Assembly: GCA_040753495.1 (NCBI GenBank)
Contig: JBFMEF010000048.1
Span: 1,594-65,593, forward strand
Length of the DNA: 64,000 bases
Origin: Candidatus Zixiibacteriota bacterium
Lineage (GTDB): Bacteria > Zixibacteria > MSB-5A5 > GN15 > PGXB01
Direction of reading: 5' to 3'
This document shows, piece after piece, positions 42,850-52,800 of the stretch (positions within the stretch are counted from its first letter, which is position 1; every line of letters starts with the position of its first letter). The notes beneath the pieces are model-generated. The model had not been told where the DNA came from. It was given only the letters and a program-made list of their open reading frames with translations, and searched no databases. The translations under genes were made by a program, and so were the position numbers.

Positions 42850-43781
42850 TGCAGCTTAAATCGCGTCATCTGTTGGGGCTGGAGGGAATGACCGAGGAAG
42901 AGATCACCCTGATTCTGGATACGGCAGAATCTTTCCGAGAAATTATTGAGCGGCCTATCAAGAAAGTGCCGACACTGCGAGGCATAACGGTTCTGAACCT
43001 CTTCTATGAACCATCCACTCGTACGCGGATATCGTTCGAACTGGCCGAAAAGCGGCTCTCGGCCGACAGCATCAGTTTTACGCCGGCGACCTCTTCGGTG
43101 AAAAAAGGGGAGACTCTTAAAGATACCGTGCGCAATATTGAAGCGATGAAGATAGATATGGTGGTGGTGCGGCACTCCTCCACCGGCGTGCCGTACTTTT
43201 TGACACAATGCATCCAATCAAATGTGATAAACGCCGGGGATGGCTCGCATGAGCACCCCACTCAGGCGCTTCTGGACATGTTCACCATCCGGAGAAAATA
43301 CGGGCGCCTCAAAGACCTGCGGGTTGTGCTGGTGGGAGATATCAAACACTCCCGGGTGGTCCGTTCCAATATCTGGGGATTAAAAGCGATGGGAGCATCG
43401 GTGGCGGTCTGCGGTCCGACCACATTGCTTCCCGTCGAAATCGAAAAGTTCGGAGTTGATGTCTATCAGAATCTGGATAAAGCGATTGAAGGCGCCGATG
43501 TGGTCAATATCATGAGAATTCAGCTGGAGCGGCAGCAGGCCGGGCTCTTTCCCTCACAGAGAGAATATACCAACCTGTTCGGAATGACACGGGAACGTCT
43601 GGCGCTTCTGAACAAAAATTACACCATAATGCATCCGGGTCCAATGAACCGGGGAGTAGAGATTACCAATGAAGTCGCCGATGGCGATGCTTCCGTAATA
43701 CTGGAGCAGGTTACTAACGGGCAGGCGGTGCGGATGGCGGTCCTGTATCTTTTGTCCGGCAAGAAAGCCGAGGAGGAATAG
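42849..43781 (+). CDS. pyrB: aspartate carbamoyltransferase catalytic subunit
   Basis: 310 aa with the STRTR, EHPTQALLD and HPGP motifs. It overlaps the pyrR stop by 1 nt (TAATG). Confidence 0.93.
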   Translation: MQLKSRHLLGLEGMTEEEITLILDTAESFREIIERPIKKVPTLRGITVLNLFYEPSTRTRISFELAEKRLSADSISFTPATSSVKKGETLKDTVRNIEAMKIDMVVVRHSSTGVPYFLTQCIQSNVINAGDGSHEHPTQALLDMFTIRRKYGRLKDLRVVLVGDIKHSRVVRSNIWGLKAMGASVAVCGPTTLLPVEIEKFGVDVYQNLDKAIEGADVVNIMRIQLERQQAGLFPSQREYTNLFGMTRERLALLNKNYTIMHPGPMNRGVEITNEVADGDASVILEQVTNGQAVRMAVLYLLSGKKAEEE

Positions 43782-45095
43782 ATGAAGATATCGGAATTTG
43801 ACCTGGTCATCAAAAACGGGTTGGTTATCGACCCGGCTATCGGTTTCGGCAACGAGGCGGATATCTTTATCAAAGAAGGCAAGATTGCCAGAGTCGGAAA
43901 AGATGGGCTCACCAAAAAAGAATCTGCCGGTATTCCGTCGGACAGAATCATTGATGCCTCCGGAAAACTGGTTGTGCCCGGATTGATTGATATGCATGTC
44001 CATCTGCGGGAACCGGGGCGGGAAGACGAAGAAACCATTATCACCGGTTGCCAGGCCGCTGCCGCCGGAGGTTTTACCTCGGTCTGCTGCATGCCCAATA
44101 CCACGCCGACCATCGACAATCAGGAGACGGTCAAGTTCGTGCTCTCGCGAGCGGAGATGGCGGACGCCAATGTCCATGTGGTGGGAGCGATTACTAAAGG
44201 AATCAAAGGGGAAGAACTGGCCGAAATTGGAGACCTGGTAAATGCCGGAGCCGTGGCGATTTCAGATGATGGCAATTATCTGCAGAATCCGGAATTGATG
44301 CGCCGCGCCCTCGAATATACCAAAATGTTTGATATACCCATTATATCCCATGCGGAAGACCGCTATCTGAGCGCCTCAGGTGTGATGAATGAATCTTATC
44401 AGTCTACCCGGCTGGGCTTGAAAGGAAGTCCCGCGGTCGCCGAAGAGATAGCGGTGCTCCGCGATATCCGTCTTTGCGCCTTCACCGGAGGACGGGTTCA
44501 TATCGCGCATATTTCCACCGCCGGCGCGGTGCGAGCGGTGCGGCTGGCTAAAGCCGAAGGAATCAATGTAACCGCTGAAGCAACACCGCATCACTTTTCG
44601 CTGACCGATGATGAAATCGGCAAGGAATTCAATACCAACCTCCGAGTCAATCCCCCTGTCAGAACGCAAAGGGATGTCGAGGCCGTTATAGAAGGATTGA
44701 TTGATGGTACCATCGATTGTATCAGCTCCGACCATGCGCCGCACGCCGAAGAGGAAAAGGATGTCGAGTTCGACCAGGCGCCGCCAGGAATGATAGGACT
44801 GGAAACCACCCTCGGTCTGGTAAAAACCAGATTGATTGACAAAGGGTATCTATCCTGGGCTGATGCCTTAAGCAAAATGACCATTAATCCGGCGCGAATC
44901 CTGAAACTTCCCGGCGGCAGACTGGAAATTGGAAAGAAAGCGGATATCACCGTCATTGACCCGGAGAAGAAATGGACTGTGAAAAAAGAGAATTTCCGCT
45001 CCAAGTCGAAAAATTCGCCCTATATCGGATGGAAACTGAGCGGTAAAGTGGAATATACGATATTGGGGGGGCGATTGGTATATAAGCCAAAGTGA
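43782..45095 (+). CDS. pyrC: dihydroorotase
   Basis: 437 aa with GLIDMHVHLREPG and SSDHAPH. It starts directly after the pyrB stop. Confidence 0.9.
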   Translation: MKISEFDLVIKNGLVIDPAIGFGNEADIFIKEGKIARVGKDGLTKKESAGIPSDRIIDASGKLVVPGLIDMHVHLREPGREDEETIITGCQAAAAGGFTSVCCMPNTTPTIDNQETVKFVLSRAEMADANVHVVGAITKGIKGEELAEIGDLVNAGAVAISDDGNYLQNPELMRRALEYTKMFDIPIISHAEDRYLSASGVMNESYQSTRLGLKGSPAVAEEIAVLRDIRLCAFTGGRVHIAHISTAGAVRAVRLAKAEGINVTAEATPHHFSLTDDEIGKEFNTNLRVNPPVRTQRDVEAVIEGLIDGTIDCISSDHAPHAEEEKDVEFDQAPPGMIGLETTLGLVKTRLIDKGYLSWADALSKMTINPARILKLPGGRLEIGKKADITVIDPEKKWTVKKENFRSKSKNSPYIGWKLSGKVEYTILGGRLVYKPK

Positions 45096-45119
45096 CCCGC
45101 CGTCGGTCGTGATAGATTT

Positions 45120-45143
45120 AGCGGCGCACAGTCGTGCGCCGCT
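45120..45143. terminator. GC-rich hairpin between convergent pyrC and DUF3078 genes (possible bidirectional terminator)
   Basis: A 9-bp perfect stem (agcggcgca / tgcgccgct) with a 6-nt loop. No clear T-run follows on either strand, so termination is uncertain. Confidence 0.4.
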
Positions 45144-45223
45144 GTAAAACAAAAATTTATCCGCTTTTAGCGGCAAGTCTGTCAGACGATTTCAGTGCGA
45201 ATTCCGCCAAACCCAAAAGCCGT

Positions 45224-46117
45224 TCAAAACATTTTATAGGTCAATCCCAGCGAGAGGGTCTGTTTCAGCCTACCCTTGGTGCTTATCTGTTTGTCATATA
45301 AGAGCTGAATATAGAAAACAACCTGGACATATTTGGAAACGCTTGCCGTCAGAGAATTCTCCCAGTTGACATCGATAGCCTTCCAGTAATCCTCGGCTTC
45401 CGTTCCCTGGAATTTTTCTTTCTCCGAATAGAATAGCGCCTTGTAGGCGGTCAATTTCCCGACATACGCCAGCTTGTCGCTTAAAACTTTCTTTATATCG
45501 GTAACCGATTCAATACCGCCGTCGGTGGCGGTTTCCGCTTTGGTGGTCGAGGAATCGGGCGGCTGCAGGACTTTGTTTATATTCTGCTTGAAGGCGAAAC
45601 CGAGACGAGTCAGGATTTCGTCTTTATCCTTCTTCAAAATCTGTCGTGCCAGACCGGCCGATTCGGTAAGAAGCATCGGGTTGACATACCGCTTATGGTC
45701 GGGGACCGAGGCGTCCAGAAACTGGCTTTCAAAGCGGAAGGCGACATACGGCTGAATCAATGATTGTATGGTAAAAAGACCGACCGCTTCCAGGTCGATT
45801 TTATCGGTCGATTTAGTCGGTTTCGACCAGTTCTTGGTTAACTCATCCTGGCTATGGGTCTGCCCGAATGCCAGCTTAACCGTGTTCTTGAGATTGAATA
45901 CCGGCGATAGCTGCTTGGAAAATATGCCGTTGGCATTGATAGTCCAGGCAACACTGCCGGCTTCTCCGCCGACCCAAGAGTCGGAGTAACTGCTCTGGGT
46001 GGCATTAAGGCTGAGGTCCAGCGACTTCTCCCAGCCGGTTTGCGCCCTTGATGTCGCCAATCCGGCAATGATTAAGCAGAAAAGAAGTATGGTTGTTTTG
46101 TATGCGGGATTTTTCAT
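45224..46117 (-). CDS. DUF3078-like outer-membrane beta-barrel protein
   Basis: The ATG at 46117 lies 5 nt after GGGAGGTG. The signal peptide MKNPAYKTTILLFCLIIAGLATSRA is followed by QTGWEK. LSLNATQSSYSDSWVGGEAGS resembles the DUF3078 N-terminal pattern. The protein ends in YKMF. Confidence 0.75.
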   Translation of the reverse strand: MKNPAYKTTILLFCLIIAGLATSRAQTGWEKSLDLSLNATQSSYSDSWVGGEAGSVAWTINANGIFSKQLSPVFNLKNTVKLAFGQTHSQDELTKNWSKPTKSTDKIDLEAVGLFTIQSLIQPYVAFRFESQFLDASVPDHKRYVNPMLLTESAGLARQILKKDKDEILTRLGFAFKQNINKVLQPPDSSTTKAETATDGGIESVTDIKKVLSDKLAYVGKLTAYKALFYSEKEKFQGTEAEDYWKAIDVNWENSLTASVSKYVQVVFYIQLLYDKQISTKGRLKQTLSLGLTYKMF

Positions 46118-46229
46118 CGTCACCTCCCGGTTAGATTTGTTCAATTGCCGTCTTGTAAACCCGCCTTAACCTTTGTCTGGTTAAGGCAATTATGTTGACA
46201 TATCTCAATATAAAAATTAATCTAAACCG

Positions 46230-48314
46230 ATGCCAGATATATCGCTTCAGACCGAAATACAATTTGTAAAGGGAGTCGGACCGCGTCGCGCCGAGGCATT
46301 GGCTAAGGTCGGAATCAGAACCGTCGCCGACCTGCTTTATTACCTTCCCCGACGATACCTTGACCGTTCTGTCATTACACCGATAGGGTCCCTGCGGTCC
46401 GAAACCGAAGTGACTGTTATCGGCAAAGTCATGGGAAAGGGAATTCTCAAAGGAAAACGGCCGCGGCTGGAAGTGATGCTGGGTGATGGCACTGGATTTA
46501 TAGCCTTAATCTGGTTCTCCGGGATTCGATTCCTGGAGAAATATTTCAGCAAGGGGGAAATTTACGCCGCCACCGGGACGGTCAGCTATTTTCAGCAGCT
46601 GCAGATCGTTCACCCGGAAATGGAGCGGATGGAAGATGATGATAGCGAACTGATTCATGCCGGAAGAATCGTGCCGGTTTACCCCGCAACCTCGGAACTG
46701 AAAGAGACCGGCTTAACCGGCAGGGTCATGCGCCGACTCGTCAAGCAGACCTTGGAACTTTGTGGCGACCGGCTTCCGGAACCCCTCCCGCGGGAGCTGG
46801 CTCAGGAGTATCAATTAACCCCCTTTGACCGGGCTATCAGGTCGATTCATTTTCCGGAGAGCGCGGGGGATATCGAGGGGGCAAGGAAACGTCTCGCCTT
46901 TGATGAACTTCTGGAGCTCCAATATCTGATTCTGAAGATGCGCAAAAAGATTCGCGCCGCCGGAAAAATGGAAAAATATCAGCCTCCCGGCAGCACCACG
47001 CGCGGTTTTGTCAAACAGCTCCCTTTCCAATTGACTGAGGACCAGCATAAGGCAATTGATGTCATTATCGCCGATATGCAACGAGAGCGACCGATGCATC
47101 GGCTGTTGCAGGGGGATGTCGGATGCGGGAAAACGGTCGTGGCTCTGGCGGCATCGGTTTTCGCTGCCGAGAATGGCTATCAGGCCGCTTTCATGGCTCC
47201 CACCGAGCTTTTGGCCGAGCAGCACTATCGCAACTGGGCGGAATTTCTTGAGCGCCTCGGTATCACGGCGGAGCGTCTGACCGGCTCACTGCCCGGCGCC
47301 GACAAAAAAGAGACGCACCGGATGGTATCATCCGGAGAGGCGCAAATCATTTTCGGAACTCATGCCCTTCTATCGGAGCCGGTGAACTTCTCCCGACTGA
47401 GCCTGGTCGTCATCGATGAGCAACATCGATTCGGAGTGATGCAGCGTGGAAATCTGGTCGGTAAAGGGCGGCATCCTGACACGCTGGTAATGAGCGCTAC
47501 GCCGATTCCGCGAACGCTGGCTCTGACCCTCTACGGCGACCTGGATATAACCACAATACGGAGTATGCCCCCCGGTCGCAAGCCGACCCGCACCGTCTGG
47601 CGGAATGCATCTGCCCGACCGGAAATCTACAAGTTTCTAATGGAACAACTAAAGACCGGCAAGCAGATTTTCTTCATTTACCCGCTGGTGGAAAAATCAG
47701 AAAAGGTCGATCTGCAGGCGGCTGAAGAAGAATTCGAACGGCTCAAAAAAGATATCTTCCCGGAGTTTCGGCTGGGATTGGTGCATGGACGTATAAAGCG
47801 TGGAGAGAGAGAAAAAGCGCTTGCCGACTTCCGCTCCGGTCGGCTGCAGATACTGGTGGCGACCACTGTAATCGAGGTCGGCATCGATATTCCGAGCGCC
47901 TCGATTATGGTAATTGAGCATGCCGAACGGTTCGGACTGTCGCAGTTGCATCAGCTGCGGGGACGGGTAGGGCGCGGCAATGAAGCGGGTCTGGTAATAG
48001 CGGTAGCGACCCCGCCGGTAAGCGAAATGGCGAAAGAAAGGCTGGAGCTTTTTCAAAGCACACGGGATGGATTCGAGATTGCCGAAGCCGACCTGAAACT
48101 GAGAGGACCAGGTGAATTTTTTGGAACCCGCCAGCACGGTCTGCCCGAATTGAAGATTGCGAATCTCTCAAAAGATGCCGAACTTCTGCCGATAACCAGA
48201 AATATAGTGACCGAACTGCTGAGCGATAAAGGGCTTGACAGCGACCGTCAGAATCTGTTAAGCTATTTGACGAAAAAGGCTTCCCTGAAGAAGTACAGTT
48301 TTCAAACCGGATGA
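46230..48314 (+). CDS. recG: ATP-dependent DNA helicase RecG
   Basis: 694 aa with a wedge/OB N-terminal part, Walker A GDVGCGKT, VIDEQHRFG and QLHQLRGRVGRG. Confidence 0.92.
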   Translation: MPDISLQTEIQFVKGVGPRRAEALAKVGIRTVADLLYYLPRRYLDRSVITPIGSLRSETEVTVIGKVMGKGILKGKRPRLEVMLGDGTGFIALIWFSGIRFLEKYFSKGEIYAATGTVSYFQQLQIVHPEMERMEDDDSELIHAGRIVPVYPATSELKETGLTGRVMRRLVKQTLELCGDRLPEPLPRELAQEYQLTPFDRAIRSIHFPESAGDIEGARKRLAFDELLELQYLILKMRKKIRAAGKMEKYQPPGSTTRGFVKQLPFQLTEDQHKAIDVIIADMQRERPMHRLLQGDVGCGKTVVALAASVFAAENGYQAAFMAPTELLAEQHYRNWAEFLERLGITAERLTGSLPGADKKETHRMVSSGEAQIIFGTHALLSEPVNFSRLSLVVIDEQHRFGVMQRGNLVGKGRHPDTLVMSATPIPRTLALTLYGDLDITTIRSMPPGRKPTRTVWRNASARPEIYKFLMEQLKTGKQIFFIYPLVEKSEKVDLQAAEEEFERLKKDIFPEFRLGLVHGRIKRGEREKALADFRSGRLQILVATTVIEVGIDIPSASIMVIEHAERFGLSQLHQLRGRVGRGNEAGLVIAVATPPVSEMAKERLELFQSTRDGFEIAEADLKLRGPGEFFGTRQHGLPELKIANLSKDAELLPITRNIVTELLSDKGLDSDRQNLLSYLTKKASLKKYSFQTG

Positions 48315-48367
48315 GTTGGCTTCCCACCTGAGCGGCGGCCCGTATTTCCGATAACCTGAGGCTTTAA

Positions 48368-48691
48368 GTGACTTCAGATTCAAAAATAAACCCGCAGTTT
48401 TTTCAGCTGGTGATGTCGCTTCAGATCGCGGCGATGCAGTACCTGGGGAAAATAGTCTCTCCGATTACCGGTAAAGTGGAACGGAATCTGGAGCAGGCGA
48501 AAGCGAGTATTGAACTGCTCTCTATGCTGGCCGATAAGACCAGGAATAATCTCAGTCCGGACGAAGAAAAGTTTTTATCCAATATGCTGTTTGAGCTCCG
48601 CTTAAATTATCTGGACGAACTAAAGAAACCGCCGGAACCGGCCGCTTCCGCGGCTGACTCCGAACAGAAACCGGGTGCGGAGAAGGGGTAG
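48368..48691 (+). CDS. DUF1844 domain protein
   Basis: GTG start 8 nt after TGAGG. FFQLVMSLQIAAMQYLGKIVSPITGKVERNLEQAKASIELLSMLADKTRNNLSPDEEKFL follows the DUF1844 pattern. Confidence 0.8.
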   Translation: MTSDSKINPQFFQLVMSLQIAAMQYLGKIVSPITGKVERNLEQAKASIELLSMLADKTRNNLSPDEEKFLSNMLFELRLNYLDELKKPPEPAASAADSEQKPGAEKG

Positions 48692-48773
48692 TTGGCAGGT
48701 CGCAGAAGCCTGACGGCAGCGGTTTTGTGCCCCGTTTTGGCTTGATTTTAGAATATCTGGTGGTATATTTGAA

Positions 48774-49742
48774 ATGAAAGTTCTGGCAAAAAGGCTGGAG
48801 CAGCCGCTAAAGGAAGCAGCGAAAGTACTTATGGAAAAATTTGGCGACTTGATCACCAAAGACGAGCCTCTTTCGGCTCACAATACATTTGGCACCGGCG
48901 GCAAGGCTCGTCTTTTTGCCAATGTTCATACTACCGGGGAATTGGCCGCAGTGGTTCATATCGCCGAGGAACTCAAAATTCCTTATTTCATGCTGGGGGG
49001 CGGCTCCAATATGCTTATCTCCGATGATGGGTATAACGGGCTGATAATCAAGAATAGCATTATGGGAATCAATCTGGAGGGGACCGAAATAACGGTTGGC
49101 GCCGGCGAGGATTTACAGCGTCTGGTTGACTTCGCCACAGAAAAAGGTCTAAGCGGACTGGAGTTCGCGGCCGGTATCTGGGGGACGGTCGGTGGGGCTA
49201 TCTTCGGAAATGCCGGGGCGTACGGCTCCGAAATGGGCTCGGTGCTGAAATGGGCAGAACTGGTGGACCGCAAAGGGTCTGTCAGAGTCGAGCCGGCTTC
49301 ATATTTTGAATTTGACTATCGGACATCAAAGCTGAAACAGACGCGGGAATTTGTGGCGCGGGCAGGCATTGCGCTCAGTCCCGGTGATAAGAATGAGAGC
49401 GCCCGAAAGGTGGCAGAGATATTGAGAACCCGTAAGGACAAACTCCCTGAGACCGAACACTCGGCCGGCTGTTTTTTTAAAAATATTCCGGACAAGCGGG
49501 AGAAATTCGGGAAACTCCCGGCCGGCAAACTTCTGGAAGAGGTCGGCGCCAAAGAGATGCGGATTGGGGGGGCTTATGTTTATGACAGGCATGCCAATAT
49601 TATCATTAATGACGGCACCGCCAACTCGCGCGAAATCAAGCGGCTGGCGGAGATGCTGAAAAAGAGAGTCAAAGAGAAATTCGGGATTGAACTGGCTGAA
49701 GAAATCACATTTCTTGGCGATTTTAAGGAGGAGAAACTATAG
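48774..49742 (+). CDS. murB: UDP-N-acetylenolpyruvoylglucosamine reductase
   Basis: 322 aa with the FAD-binding region FMLGGGSNMLISD and the C-terminal MurB pattern (AGCFFKN, IGGAYVYDRHANIIIN). Confidence 0.9.
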   Translation: MKVLAKRLEQPLKEAAKVLMEKFGDLITKDEPLSAHNTFGTGGKARLFANVHTTGELAAVVHIAEELKIPYFMLGGGSNMLISDDGYNGLIIKNSIMGINLEGTEITVGAGEDLQRLVDFATEKGLSGLEFAAGIWGTVGGAIFGNAGAYGSEMGSVLKWAELVDRKGSVRVEPASYFEFDYRTSKLKQTREFVARAGIALSPGDKNESARKVAEILRTRKDKLPETEHSAGCFFKNIPDKREKFGKLPAGKLLEEVGAKEMRIGGAYVYDRHANIIINDGTANSREIKRLAEMLKKRVKEKFGIELAEEITFLGDFKEEKL

Positions 49743-49881
49743 AATCTTTTTAACGAACTAAAATGAACCGCTTTTCAAGCTGTTAGATACGACCAGTAAG
49801 CTGACATATTCACTTCTTTTATCGGTTGTCCTGTCAATCGGTAGTTTATCTTATTCCGCCGAGCCTGGTTTTCACGGGGAA

Positions 49882-52800
49882 TTGAATTACCCTGCCGGGC
49901 TGATTGCCCCTTACCCCCTGGAAGAACCTAAGTTTGTAATCTCACTCAGTTATGCCAGAATTCCGCGTCTGAAAAGAATCGGCGAGCTTCCCACCAAGGT
50001 TATTCGCTCCGACTTTGAAAGCCAGACCATAACTTTTTCGGGGGAATATTATCGGTCGGGCATGCTTGCCTACGAATATACCCCCCGATCGGTCGATGCA
50101 GCCGAGTATATGCAGCGGCGGCGCGACCTCAGTCTGCTTCAAAACATGAGCGATTTGAGGGCGCAGGCGTTGACCAAAGACCAGAAACAGAAGCAGGGGG
50201 GACTTCTGTCGCTAAATATCCCCATCAAGTCGAAAGTACTGGAGTCGATTGCGGGGGAAGGCGGCGCCGGGTTGAAAGTATCGGGGTATCATCAGATTAC
50301 TTTCTCCGGTCGGTCGCAGTGGGATGACCGCGCCTCTACCGCCACCTATCGCCAGAGCAAATTCCCCTCCCTCAATATGGAGCAGATTTCCCGATTTGAC
50401 ATTAATGGTACCATCGGCACCAAAATCTCGGTCTCGGTGACACAGGATTCCCAGACCGACATCCCGCTGGCAAACCGGATAATGCTCCGTTACAAAGGGG
50501 ATGAGGATGATATTATTAAAAGCATCGAAGCCGGGAACACCACTCTTTCATTGCCCAACACGCAGTTTGTGGGATACTCTTCCCGAATTCAGGGGCTCTT
50601 TGGCATAAAGACAACAGCGCAGATCGGCAACTTGACAATGACCGCTATTGCCAGTCAGGAAAAGGGTACCACCGAAAGAAACTCCATTATTGCCGGAGCA
50701 AGCGCCCGCAAAGATTACATCCGCGACTATAACTACGCCTCCGGACGGATTTTTGACCTGGGGAGAAAAAACAGTCAAGGTTTCTTCGTTGATTTCTTCC
50801 TCGGAGATGCCATCACATATATAGATGTCTATACCGGTATCAGCCAGTATTCACAGACCACGACCGGCATCAACGCCAACCTCTATGTTGACCCCGATGA
50901 TACCACCGAGTTCGCCAACGAAAAGCTCTCGGCGCTGGTTAACCCGACTCCCGTGGACCGGAACACCTATTATGTAGATGTCAAGAACAACTGGATTCTG
51001 TTTGATAACGCCAATATCTCTTACGGAACAGAAATCGGCGTCTATATGATTATCAAGCGAGCCAATGGCACGATTGACACCGTTGGCAACGTAGGTCAGG
51101 AACCGTACGCGCTGAAGCTGATTCGTCACAAAAATCCCGATTCAACTCAGGTCACCTGGGATTATATGTGGCGCAATGTTTATTATCTTAACGCCACCAA
51201 TATAGATGTCTCCGGTCTGGAGATTAGAATTCTGAAAGGAGCCGGGAACACCGAGCGCTCCGAGGATAATCTTGACCATCAGGACGGCATTCCCTACATC
51301 AGATTGATGGGGCTGGATAGCATCAATCAGGCGGGACAGGCGATGTCGGATGGTCTCGCCGATGTGCAAAAGCCATCGATAGTTGACCCGGTGCGGGGAC
51401 TTCTGATATTCCCGGACCGCAAGCCGTTTGCCAGCAACAAACCTTACTACGATACCCTGCTGCTAAAAGATCAGGTGCCGGAAATATACAGTTATCAGAT
51501 TTCCACGCAGGAAGTAATAAAGGCAAGTAAGTACTACATCGAGGTTTCCAACCGAAGTCGCGCCACCGAGATTAGCCTGGGAAGGCCCAATATCATCGAA
51601 AATTCGGAGCGGATTACCCTTAACGGACGTCTGCTAAACAAAGGGACCGATTATAATATTCAATATGATTTTGGGCTTGTCACCTTCTTGACCGAGGAGG
51701 CGCTTGACCCGAACGCCAATATATCGATTGACTATGAATATACGCCCTTTATTGCGGCGGAAAAGAAAACCTTATTCGGCATCCGGGGTGAATATGAATT
51801 CAGCAGTAATTTTAAATTAGGGGCGACCTATCTGTACAAGTCCGATAAGGCCACCGACCGCAAGCCGAAAGTGGGACAGGAGACCACTCGCTCCACGATT
51901 TGGGATGCCGATGCCTCGTACAAATTCAAGCCGAATTTCCTCAGCAAAGCGATAAACCTGCTGCCGTTTTATTCGACCACCAGCGAATCGAACCTGGCGA
52001 TTTCCGGCGAAATGGCGCAATCGCATCCGAACCCCAATGTCGATGGGGTGGCATATATCGATGATTTTGAGGGGAGCCGCGACTCCTATTCGCTGGGGAT
52101 TTTCCGCGAGCTCTGGACGCTATCATCACGCCCGGCCGGACTGGACACAGCCAGTCATCGGGCGCGCCTGGTCTGGTACAATCCTTACGACCAGGTGGCA
52201 ACCAACGATATCTGGAATCGGGAACTAAAACCTGGCGAAAGCGGCACTCATACCCTTTGGGTGCGGTTTGAGCCGGGCAAGCTCGACCGTCGGGCAGGAG
52301 AATATTCCTCCAATATCACCTACGACTCCCTGCGCGCCTGGAACGGGCTGATGCGCTATATGCCGGCCGGTTCGGCAAATCAGGATGCCGCCCAGCTGCT
52401 GGAATTGCGCATTCAAGGAGAAAAGGGCATTGTTCACTTCGAAATGGGGATAATTTCCGAGGATGTCAACGGAAATGACAGTCTCGACACCGAAGACAAA
52501 AGGAGTATCGGCGGTTTTTACAACAATATTCTCGACGAGGGAGAGGATGTGGGGCTGGATGGTCGCAAAGACAGTGATGAGCCAGGGTATGACCCCGTCA
52601 CCAATCCTGACCCCAACGGCGATAATTGGTACTACAACGGTGAGGGAGCAGGCTGTAACGGATGTGACCCCTATGATTACGAAGCCATAAACGGCACCGA
52701 GGGCAATGCCAAAGATCCCAATCGGTGGGGAAAGCCGGATTCGGAAGACATCTATAGAAACAACGTTTCCGACAAAGCCAACAACTATTTTTCATTTGAG

